35,572 nt of DNA, taken from NCBI GenBank assembly GCA_900088475.1, contig FLMG01002106.1, positions 1 to 35,572 of the forward strand, in the 5' to 3' direction. Shown in pieces: positions 10,801-21,225 of the stretch. Every line of letters begins with the position of its first letter. Positions within the stretch are counted from its first letter, which is position 1. The DNA is from Hyphochytrium catenoides. Taxonomy: Eukaryota; Protista; Hyphochytriomycota. Under the pieces are notes generated by a model, which saw only the letters and a program-made list of their open reading frames with translations, had not been told where the DNA came from and did no database searches. A program made the translations under genes and the position numbers.

Positions 10801-12743
10801 AGAGAGACAGACAGTCAGAGGGAGAGAGAGGCAGTCAGAGGGAGAAGAGAGACAGTCAGAGAGAGAGAGAGAGACAGTCAGCGGGAGAGAGAGACAGTCA
10901 GAGGGGGAGACGTAAAGAGGAGGAACAGTTACAAGCAGTCCTCAAAAGAAGCACTAATGACGAGAGGCAAAGGCGACCTTTTCTCCATCTGGTGAGAATT
11001 CACACCACGAGATGCCGTGGTCTCGCCCATGTGCAGCAGTGGTGCTGACAATAGAACCTGTAGGCAAAAAGCAATGAGAACGAGCAAAAAGGGAGAGCAC
11101 GCGACGGTAGAGACTAAGGACCGAACAGGAACAGAGAAAAGCTCTGATTGCTAAGTTGCTGGTAGGAGAATGCTGTTGCGGTAGGAGGTCATAGCAGTTA
11201 AGATACGTAATAAAGCTGACCATCTCTGAGGTCCCAAAGCTTGACTACCCCGTCCGCCGCCCAGGTGGCCAGAATGCGGTAGATAGGATGGAAGCGGCAG
11301 CCTGTAATGACATCTCTGTGACTGCACCACAGCTCCCTGTTCACATCGAACTCAAGTTCATTCCAGGAACCTCCTGTAGTAGTTGAGGTGGTCCCGCCCA
11401 CAAGTGGAACAGAGAGAGGCGCGGACGCGGAAGGGTCGCTGTCGCTTAGCGGAGAGACTCGGGAACTCAAGGTGGGGACATCCGAAGCCGTCGATCGAGT
11501 ATCCTCCTTCCTCCCCTTTGAGGCCAAGGTCTTCCATACATACAGTTTGACCATCGATCCTAGAGTAGCGTTAAGAATGAAGCAAGAGAAAGAGAATAAG
11601 AAAACAGTGAGGAACTCGTCGAAGCGATAGTGGGAACCAAGAAGAAGATGCAAACTCGGCGGGATGCAGAAGGGTGAGGTCATCATCTTAGCGAGGCAGG
11701 CTGTACCATTGTTCTTCGCCATCATTGTTTGGTCTGGAGACAGCTGATATTCAGCCTCATCTTCCAGCAGTTCTGATGCCGTGCGGCCTTCATCATCCTT
11801 TTGTCCCTGTCGCCCGAGAGTGCGCTCAGGGGCGATAGCTCCATTGCCCTCAAGTCCGAGCGTTGTCAGCTTCCCAAGAGACCACTTCCACAGCCTAGGC
11901 CATAACAAAGAATCATCAGTACTACTAGACGACACCTGCTTCAGAATAACAGCTGGGATGGAGTTCGACTACACAGCTGAACGGAGAGAAGGAGAGAACC
12001 AGAAAAAGAGACAGACAGTGACAAAAAGAGCGTCCGAAAGAGACTGAGGGCAACATGAACGGTAATAACCCTACGGACCGCCAACCTCGTGCCTCTCTGC
12101 TACGCTGTGACTGCTTATGTCCTTACCCTGTCTGGCTAAGGAGAATGACTGAATCTTGGCTACCTTTCTCTTGGTACACCGCCCTGACAGGTCCAACTAA
12201 TGAGCTCGTCCAACTCCTATAGAGACGTTGGTAGGAGGGCCGCTCAAGACGGACAGTAAGGGTCGTATCTTTATACTTTCTAAACCCTGCAAATGATCCG
12301 ACAGGCAATAAGCAGAGAAAGAGAAACCTTCGACTAAGCACCTCTTGACGCAGAGAGACCTAAAGCAGAGACTGAGGGTGTTTCATTCAACAGCAGGAAG
12401 AAGTCTAGTTGCGGAGAAGTAGTGGTTCTTAGAAGGGGCACGGAGCGAGGGAGGACTAACCTCTGCCTTCCTTGTCTGCGAGTTTCTGTTGCGATATCAG
12501 AGCCTTTTGTTGCTGTGCCTGCAGGACTTTCCATTCTTTCTTCAGCGTGGCAAACTTTGCTTCATTGGCTCCGATCTGGTCTATTAGTGTGGGAGGAAGC
12601 ACCAGTGGCTTCAGCTTTGGAAACTCCGGCAGCTTAAGAGTCTTCTTATGCTTCTTTCTTTTACCTCCATTGCCCCGCTGCTCTTCCGGAGCAGACGGCA
12701 ATGAGGATGGAGGGACAGCGTCCCCTTCCGGCCTGTCCGACAT
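1826..12743 (-). CDS. Large multi-exon protein: N-terminal coiled coil, WD40 repeats, five fibronectin type III domains, C-terminal IQ motif
   Basis: Hand-spliced, ~20 exons. ATG 12743 (MSDRPEG). WD40 motifs: SHRDVITGCRFHPIYRILATWAADGVVKLWD; HGRDHGISWCEFSPDGEK; AHDGPVTALGTFGDRLASGGEDAVVKVW; HGHEDVIYTL...LYSGSHDRTLKLWK. FN3 motifs: VTIQWRPPF|AHGSYIRAYTV...IEGLPSGRSFRFRVSATNE|VGEG; IQGLVPYTQYFVTVAASN|SFGVG; AQWDVPRSNGSSISAF; LKKLKPRCIYGVTVAAVSAGGVS; VTLCWTSP...ISNLLPQSFYRFRV. Ends ARSIQ|CWYRRRKGQHEKK-TGA (intron 1868-2051). Junctions near 11.9-12.1 kb and 6.1-6.45 kb unresolved. Confidence 0.82.
10724..10911. repeat. Intronic minisatellite, 9 copies of a 20-22 nt unit (GACAGTCAGAGGGAGAGAGA[GA])
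   Basis: GACAGTC core at 10724, 10744, 10766, 10788, 10810, 10830 (GGCAGTC), 10851, 10873, 10893. Confidence 0.9.
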
Positions 12744-14362
12744 TGTAGAGCTCAAACAGGCGCCGTAATGACTAGATTTTCTAAGAAGGAATGGTCGCTC
12801 CTGAGAAGAATCACAGCCATGTGCTCCCAATGTGCATGTGCTTCTATAATCTCGCTAGCTCTTTAGGAGCAGCAACATCTTTCCCAAAAGGGCCAGAGTC
12901 TTCGTTGTTAATCTGCTGGATATGCGGACTCTGTCGTTTCCTCTAGCTCACATGATCAATCTCTCTATCTCGCGATCTGCTGCGAGCCAACTGAAACTAT
13001 TATGCCGTTCTGGCTTCATTTCGGCTTCTTTCGTCGTCATCCTGCTCGCCATCTCCCTCTTGTCCTCTTCCTCTCACGGATCCTCCTAGCACGTCCCGCC
13101 GCTACCAGTGCGCAGTTGCCCATCACCACCCATGATCATCGTGGCGCTCCTCCTCGCTCCCAACAAAGAGTTCCTTCATCATCATCAGGAAGTCCCATTC
13201 CAACTCGAAGGATCTCTCTGCTCTTCTCTCTCTCTTCATGGAGGAGCGTCCGTTCTGCCTTCCCTGATCTTTCTGGTCAGTGCTTCTCCTCCTCCTCCCT
13301 GGTCCCCCCTCCGGCCCCCTCTTCCTGACACTTCTGCCAAAACTGAACCGACGCTTCTGACTCCAATGTCAATAATACACAACGAGGCTAGAAAGTCAAA
13401 ATAAAGCATTATTCGCACCGCTGAACATGCCCATAGTGTAGTGTGGAAAAGTATAATTGAAAGAATAGCGATGTTAATACTGCTTACCTGTCAATATAGA
13501 CCGTATTTGACATGGTGATAACCGATGCGAGGAAGATGTTGCTCGGCAGGTCGTGCCACCGTCCTGCTCTCTGAGTCGAAGCCGTGCCCGTCGAGGTCAG
13601 CGCCAGAGACAGACAAAGTCAGTTGATGAGGCGTTATCAGCGCTGCCCAAGGACTTGATAAGCGAGGCAACAGCAGCAGGAAAAGTAGGTGTCGTCCATC
13701 ATGCCATAACCACCAGGAGGGAAGAAAAAGGGTCGCAAGCGCGCATGGAGAAGTAGGAGGCGAGAAGCTAGGGTAGGAGAAGAAGGTATTTATCATCATC
13801 TTGCCCGGCAGACAGTCTATCCTAGCAGTACGAGCACCTATATCGCTCATAATTGTCCATTCAATGTTTGGCTCTCCAAAGTACTACTGGTGGAGGACAT
13901 GGTGAGCGGTATAGGAGGCGTGGAGACGACATCTGCTGGTTCAGCAGCCGGATAAAAGTGCAATGTTCACTATAGATCTCTTTAGATGAGATCAGATTAA
14001 TTGGCTATAGGTTGGACCTCCTTTTTGCTGCTTGTACGCGGTATTATCATCGTTATTTACACTGATGACGACGGCAGAAGGATGAAAGGGACTCCTATCG
14101 TTGCACGACAGAATCCAAGAGAGACAAGGGCTTGTGAGGACAAGAGGAGACGTATGCCCACTTGGAATAAAGAGGTCTGAAGCTAGTCGTCACGTCGGGT
14201 AGATTCTATACAGCTCATCATAAGCTTACGAGTCATTCCGTTCCCGCATCGCTGGAAGATCAGCGTATGACCTTCTTGGTTCAGTCGGTCGGATCCCACT
14301 TCTCATAGAGATCTGACGGGCGGCGCGTCTCTTCTCATCTGAAGCTTTCACGGGCTCCTCCG

Positions 14363-16276
14363 CTAATAATGATCCTCTTCGTAGGGGACAGAAAGGCAGC
14401 TCTTCGGGTGTGCTTGCTGAAGAAACCTCAGTAGACTTGCTCCATCCTTAACCTTGGCCGTCGCGCCGGCAGCTTGGTCGATGAGCCTCGCTATACGGTC
14501 TCCTCGTTCTACGGTGTGGGAAACGCAAGCTAAAAGGTTCGAAGAATTGAACGGCTTTAAGGCCCTGGAGGACGCTTCATTAGAGTCGTGCTAGATCGCC
14601 GGGTAGTGGTGCTCGTTCTTCTCGCTTCCGCCGTGCCTCTCCGGCCTTCAACTACTACCTGCGCACTCGGGGATTTGTCGGAGGGCAGTCGTGTCCTCTG
14701 CAGGCGTTTGTGGAAGGCACTCTTCTTCCGATGGTGCTCCTGGGTTCGGTCTCTGTCCACGTACACAAGCTGCAGGTCATCCGTTACTGCTGTGGGAGCC
14801 CAATAGACCGAGTGAGGATTCAAACGCGCAGTCAGCAGCTTCGCTCTAAGATCGGACAGCCATTCTTGTTCCACAATGTCCCGCGCCTCTTCTGGCGACC
14901 TATAGTCTCAACCATTGTTAATAGTCGGCGTAGATCTCCAACAGCGTGGCTGCATCTGTCCTAGAACTACCATCTGTCTTGCTTTAGATGCGTGATCATC
15001 TACACGTTTGGTTGTTCTCTCCTTCAGTGTCCTCTTCTCCTCTCTCTTTGTATCTTATCTCCCCGCTCTCGGTCGCTGTGTCTCTCTCCAATCAGATGCC
15101 TCTCTCTCTCTTGCTTCCGCTACACGTGATGCCGCAATCTCTTATTCACTCTGTCACTCTCCATCTATCCACCTTCTCCCTCGTTAACCGTCTCCTATGA
15201 CCATTAACGATCTCAAAAGATCAATATTACCTTGGTTTGCAATGACTGTCTTCTTGAGTTAGCTGTCTTTCAATGAATGAGCGTAGGCCCTTCGGCATCT
15301 TCACTTTCTGAGCCAGGCACCCCGCTTTTAGGTCCTCCAACTCAATCTAGCGAGACGGAGAAAGAAGTTAGCTTTCATCCCCACCATAGTCCATGATCCG
15401 ATATGACCACTGACCGATGCTTGACCTGCAACTAACGGATGTGGAAGCTCGGCCCTGTGAAACTCTTCGGGTAGCTGTGAAAGAACAAGAGGTTGTCAAT
15501 GGGTTGCATCTCGCTATAGAGATGTAGTGACCTGTTTGACTCGGCCAAGGTGGGAAAGCCCAGGGAGAAAGAGAATTGACCCTCTCACAAGCCACGCAGC
15601 AGAAGCAAACCAGCGAGAGCAAGAACGACCACCAAGAGCCAGTAGAAAGGTAAGACTTTCATATATGGATAGAGACGAAGAAAGAATTGAGAAAAAGAAG
15701 TCGCAGACACAGAGAGGGAGAGCGAGAGGGCAAAAACAGAACGAGAACGAGAGTGCGTCCTCATGGAGAGGAGAAAGAGGAAGGTGGCAAATGGTAAGCA
15801 TTTTCATGCAGTTATTAGTGTCATAATAGCACCTTCGTGGGATCGTCCGCTCTGATCCACCATTGATCAAGCACAGGATTAAGCGGCTCCGCCTTCGCCG
15901 GTGCGAAATGTATTCTTAGCATGTGGCCATTCTCTGACTCCTCCATGCTGTGCTGGCGGTACAGAGAGCTTCTCTCCCTCGCGTCGCTGTTATCCCAAGT
16001 GGCGGGCAGACACTGAAGATCGTCAAGAAAGCCTAGTGCGTCGAGCAAACAGTCCCTCAATGCTACATTCCTTAGAGCTTGCCAACCATATCTCTGCCTA
16101 ACTTATTTATAAAAGGAAGTAGTGGCAGAGCGGAACTGCTCCCTTCTGGCAAAACGCAGAGAGACTATGAACTTGACACGTTGCAAGCGATAGATGTTGC
16201 GCTCCGCTGCGTGCACTGCTTCATCAGTGAGCAGCGGCTGACAGAGGTGCTGCTCTGACCGCCAATCGAGTGCATT
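14363..16276 (-). CDS. Multi-exon hypothetical protein (5' end not located)
   Basis: Phase-compatible GT-AG joins give ...DEAVHAAERNIYRLQR|RYGWQALRNVALRDCLLDALGFLDD...WWIRADDPTK|LPEEFHRAELPHPLVAGQAS|IELEDLKAG...HCKPR|SPEEARDIVEQEWLSDLRAKLL...SPSAQ|HDSNEASS...RIARLIDQAAG...EEDHY-TAG. No family recognised. Confidence 0.5.
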
Positions 16277-16909
16277 CTACACGGTGGTCGCGATGGCGAT
16301 AAATTCTGTGACCTTTCGTTTGTTTAGTAAACCTAAGCGTGATACATCTCCGCCTTGCCTCTCAGAGCTGTTATACTAATTGCAGTGCCGTATCACGGCT
16401 ACTGTGGTCACTTGTCTGGCTTGGTTTATTATGTGTTTATAGTCAGAGCGAGTGGTGCTCATGGAATAACCGGAGACGCATCACCATAAACTTAACCCTA
16501 AGCAGGAAGGTTTGGAGAATCTTCAGTTGTGAGCTGCACAATGAAGAAACCCAGCAGCCAAGAGAAGCATGCATAGCTCTCTGTTCCCTCTGTCACAAGG
16601 AGGACAGCCTCAAACCAAAAGCTGCAGATATAAGAGCTGGACTTTCGCAAAGGATTGTGTTGAGAAGCTAGCGTAGAGGACCAATCAGCACAGTCCACTG
16701 CTCAATGATCTATCTATGATTTGAGCTCGATAAAGCAGTAGTTGAGCTTTTAGAGAGCAAATCCTCCGCAAGCTCCCACTGTGACATGGGTCCTTTCAGT
16801 CTGCTACGTTGCTACGTTGCAGTCAGTCCAGAGTTAGCCAGTCAACGGTAATACCTATGAAGCACAATGAGGTGGCATGACGGAGCTTTACAATCTCCTT
16901 CGTCCGTGA

Positions 16910-17581
16910 TCAGCTACTTGACTCTAACGCGGAAGATACTGCCAGATGGCGCTCGTGCATACCACCTGTTCTGCTACTAGTGCTTCTGCGGATGTTGGAG
17001 GACGTGGGAGCGGCAAGTGGCGGACTCTCCTGCTTGATAGTGTGGTTGTTAGCTCTAGCGCTAAGAAATATATTCCAGCACATGCTAGCTACGGCAGTCG
17101 TCATTGGCCGGCTAGCCGCTGGAACGAACGTGAAGTTTAGAGCACCAATGGAAGCCCAGAACCCCATCCCAGCTGTGGCAGTGGAGGCATAGCTGCTCCG
17201 TAGCCTTGTCTGCACCCCAGTCCAGCCCTCCCCTTTTAGCAGTTCCACAGCGGTAAAGACAACAACAACGTACACTGGCGAAGATAAGCCGCTTGCGACG
17301 GCTTTCTTAGCTAGGGCCTTCCAATGCGTACCTGGCACTCTGCGCTCGAGTGCCGAGTAAAAGAAAAAGTTCATTGGAGCGATGACACTAGCGCCAACGA
17401 AGCCCATAATGGAGGTCCTCTTGGTGTCCCATGCGAACTCTCCTTCACTCAGTGCTGATTGGCCACTTGATATGCCTTGACAGACAAAATCTGCTGTCCC
17501 GGAAGTTACTGAGGTGAAGAGGCATGTCTTCAGCAGCTGCTTTGCCGGTTGGGACAAGCCAAAGCGGAAAGCAGGCGGCAT
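16910..17581 (-). CDS. Mpv17/PMP22 family membrane protein (single exon)
   Basis: Family pattern: LKTCLFTSVTSGTADFVCQ, WDTKRT...G, P..FFFYSALERRVPG, LAKKAV, FWASIGALNFTFVPAASR...VASMCWNIFLS. First ATG at 17581; the ORF track start at 17632 is a TTG. Confidence 0.88.
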   Translation of the reverse strand: MPPAFRFGLSQPAKQLLKTCLFTSVTSGTADFVCQGISSGQSALSEGEFAWDTKRTSIMGFVGASVIAPMNFFFYSALERRVPGTHWKALAKKAVASGLSSPVYVVVVFTAVELLKGEGWTGVQTRLRSSYASTATAGMGFWASIGALNFTFVPAASRPMTTAVASMCWNIFLSARANNHTIKQESPPLAAPTSSNIRRSTSSRTGGMHERHLAVSSALESSS

Positions 17582-17750
17582 GTTCTTGGCAGACGGAGAT
17601 GTTCTTGGCAGAAGGAGATACCGCTGTTTCAAGTACTCGTAACCTGATACCGCTAAAGAAGAAAGTGCCGCACCCTATTGCTGTTTACCACCCGGCAATC
17701 CGAATAGTGCTTTCATCCACTAGACAGCCTCAGATCTCCATCTCGGTGGA

Positions 17751-19134
17751 CTATCTTCTAGTGCTGCTTCTTCCTGGCGAGTTGGGAAAGAAAGCTGGAA
17801 AGACGCGGTGCAAGGTTCTTGAACCCTGGTCATTGCTTGTCCTAAAAGCCGCAATCTGGTCAAGCAGTGCCAGGTCTTGATGGCTTCTATGTCGTTCTAT
17901 GATGGTAGGTAATGCCTTCACCGGCTCACTTTGTTGATGACCAGCACTCAGCCCCCAAGCAGAAAGGGCCGAAGAAAAAGTTTGATGCCCCTGAAACTAC
18001 CAACCAGTCCAGTAGGGCGACATTTGGAATGAGGATGGCCTTATGTTTGATAAGTACCACATCAATCTATTTATTCTGAACGGGCTCAGGGATCATGCTT
18101 CTGATCTCCGCTGATTGAGTCCTTTGTTAATTTTGGAGGCGGAAGGATCTTCAATAGATCTCTGGCACAGCTCCCCAGGTGCTGAAAGGATATCATCAAG
18201 GGCATCTGCTGAGGAGATGAGCGGACTGGGAGACTTACAAAGTGCTCGCCCTTGCCCAAGTCATCTGCTACGTGCCCATTGAGACGGAACCTCTGCACTG
18301 CTGGATTCGGTTCATTGACCGGCCGGTGCCGTGAGGCTAGGAACCACGACCATCACCTTTGTCACGCCGATTGGCTGCCATGGAGTCACATCAAGTTCGG
18401 GCTCTCGAGCAAGAGGGTCGTGAGATTGACTATCTTGCAGCAGACTTCCATGAAAAGCGTCATCAACTGCTGCAACACGTTGTATGAATCTCTCCAAAAG
18501 CGTGATTGCTAGCTAGGCTGTGGCAACTGATTCGCCCTTGCTTACAGGGAACGGAGAACGTATCATCTCTACTTCAGGCTTCATCCACAATCAATGTGGA
18601 GCTCACACCACACAGGTAAAAGCAAAAGCTCTTCGCAATCGTTAAGGCCGTCTTGAACCTACCTGACTGTGTGTGTGTGGTCGCAGAATACGTACCGCTG
18701 CGCTAAAAGCAAGCTGTAGCTTGTTGAGATGCAGAATAGCAGCAATTCTCGAGGTGAATATTTGCCCGAAAAAATGGGAGTCCTACGGCGGGCCCACTAA
18801 GTATTCCTTGTTGCTAGTTCGGGAACTCCGAGGACCAAGTGATTATTAGAGATAGCTTAGGAAGAGAGACCAAGCACCATCCTTCAACCCAAGCAGAGCA
18901 AAGTATGAGCCACTCTTCGCAGTTCAGCTCAATTAGGCTCACTGACAATCTGTCTTAGCCGTTCCCGGACTTGCTTATACACAGAAATGCGTCGTGACTA
19001 AGCGAGGCGTTCCGCTGGCTGAGACCCTGCTGGAAAGTTTTGACACGGATCCAGGGCAAATTGACCTTGGAAGTGAAGTCTATGTCGTTTGCGCGCCAGT
19101 CCTTACTGTTGCGGGTCAGTTGGACAATCAACAT
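17751..19134 (-). CDS. Multi-exon hypothetical protein with very short introns (weak CENP-N/Chl4 resemblance)
   Basis: Segments MLIVQLTRNSKDWRANDIDF..., SLIELNCEEWLILCSAW, ITLLERFIQRVAAVDDAF..., RFRLNGHVADDLGKGEHF, GHQTFSSALSAWGL...VKALPTII...-TAG separated by GT..AG introns; some reading frames ambiguous. Confidence 0.45.
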
Positions 19135-19264
19135 TTGACTGCTCACCGAGCTGTGAGCTAACTAGCACTCGTATAGGGAAGGTAGTTGCTGTCTTAGAAG
19201 CTATCTTCGACCAGGAACAGAGCTTCGAGACTCACAGTCTTCTCAACCTGTGGACAGATCAGGT

Positions 19265-21225
19265 ATGGGTGAGGTCAGGCCTTGCAGCGACTTCCGTTGA
19301 CTTCGGCTTGCCACTTTCATCTGTCTATACCCCTAGCTTTCGGGGGCGCTAATCCGCGCATTAGAGTACGAGACGGAGATAGCCGCGAGTACGGAGGTGA
19401 GAGCTCCAGTGTCTCTTCAAGGAGAGCTGAAAGGCTAACAAACTGTCGGTTCGCCTAGGCGTGGAACGCTAGATATGAGAGGCTCAAAGAGGCGACTCGG
19501 AAGCAGTTGCAGCAGGCGAATGACGACGCAGATCTTCTTAGCGAAGATAACTTCCGCCTGCAACAGGAGCTGATCCACCTTCAGCAGCAGCTACAGAAGT
19601 TTGGTCTGAATAAGGAATCATCTACGGTAGACACCGACGTCCTGAAGCTTCCTGACGAGCTATTAGTACCAGGTTCGAGTTGCCGCTAGGATATGAAGCA
19701 GTTGCCATGTGCTGAGTCACATTCTCTGATATTGCTTCTTCTCTGTCACTGACAATCTTCTTTCTTGTATGCCTTTAGGTGATCCGTCAAGGGTCATAGC
19801 ACAGGAGGTTTGCCATATGGATAATTTACATGGCGGTTCAAACATCCTCTCCGTGCGGTTTATGCCTTTCGAGGGTGATCTAGTGCTGACAGGTGGCGTG
19901 GACAAGAAACTTCTGCTGACTGATTGGAGACAAGAGGTACTTGGAATGTGCTAGAGGGACAGCTAACCCAGTCAAGAATCCTTATCTTTCTTCTGATATA
20001 GAGAACCATTGCTTCAGCTCTTTTGCCCTCCCCAGTCTTGTCTCTGGAGCCCAATCCTGTTCGCGTATATAAAGACCTTGTCATCGCCGCTTGTATGGAT
20101 GGCTCTCATCACATCCTGCGTTTACCAAGGTGGGTTGACGGCCTGCTCCTGCTCAGAATCAGCCACTGCTCGATGGACTGACCTTTACCTGGACTCTTCA
20201 CTTCCATTTCTCCATACAAGCAATCGCGAGGCGCAAGAGATCTCTATTCTCCATTCCGAGCGACAACATACTCGCCAAGGAGCAATAAGGTAGTTAGGTG
20301 CCGCTAGGTAGCGTTTGCCAGTTCCCTGTAGAAGCTAACTTGTAGTTCTAGAGTGCGATGGGCTCCCGATGGACAGACCTTTGCAACGTGTTCAGTAGAT
20401 AAGACAGCCTCCGTTTATAAGGTAGCAGAGGATGATCCAGAGCCATCAAGCATCGGAGTGTCTCTTGTGAACAAGCTGTACTTCAACACTGGTGTGGAGG
20501 GTTTGGAGCTTTTTGAGAATGACAAGGGGACGCTGACGCTTGTCCTCAGTCTGAGAGATGACAACTACCTCCAGTTCATCGACTGCAAGACCTTTGAGAT
20601 CCAGAGGTAAGTGGACTTTCATAGGGCAAAGATGCTCGATTTAAAGCTGCGGTCTGCCTACAGGGTAAATATCAACCAAGATCGAACGGATCACGTCTCT
20701 TTTACTATGATGGACCTACGAGTCAGTCCAAACAGGAAGTATCTGCTAATCGCCACCGACCACAATCGGCATATCCTCTTCCAGGTAGGGCTGACGGGCC
20801 AAGGCAGACGGTCGAGCGTAAGACTAACCTATATATGTTCCAATGCTCTATCCCCAAATGTTCCTTGCAGTTGGAAACAGGACGAATATTGCGGAATTTT
20901 TATGGGCACAGTGCAGATGCATATAGCCTGCCCAGAGTTCTTTGGGACAGCACAGGTACGAAAGTTGTTCAGCACAATCAATCTCTGGGCTGTCATCTCA
21001 TGGTGAACTCTGGGTCCAGGGAAGTTTGTCCTGTCAAACAGTCAGAAAGACAACATGGTGTACATATGGTGCGTTGTCTCAGAAAGAGTCGTAAAGAAGC
21101 TTCCAGGGCACCGTGCCGTGGTCAGAGACCTTGACTACACCGGTCCAGGTAGTGACGGTCTGCCATCCTACTTGGCTACAGTCTCCTTCGACAAGTCTCT
21201 TCGAGTTTGGCGATCAGAGCAGTAG
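19265..21225 (+). CDS. Coiled-coil + WD40 repeat protein (10 exons)
   Basis: All junctions GT-AG and in phase: MGE|LSGALIRALEYE...|AWNARYERLKEATRKQLQQ (coiled coil); HGGSNILSVRF...VLTGGVDKKLLLTDW; VRWAPDGQTFATCSVDKTASVY; DHVSFTMMDLRVSPNRKYLLIATD; RNFYGHSADAYSLPRVLWD; LPGHRAVVRDL...LATVSFDKSLRVWRSEQ-TAG. Start exon inferred. Confidence 0.88.

Noticed and set aside
10724-10911. CRISPR-like array
   Set aside because: Units are 20-22 nt with near-identical GA-rich linkers rather than unique spacers; intronic, eukaryotic, no cas genes.
16339-16790. Independent gene in ORFs 16339..16671 (+) or 16498..16698 (-)
   Set aside because: Non-ATG starts and no recognisable motifs; more likely UTR/promoter or unplaced 5' exons of the 14363-16276 gene.
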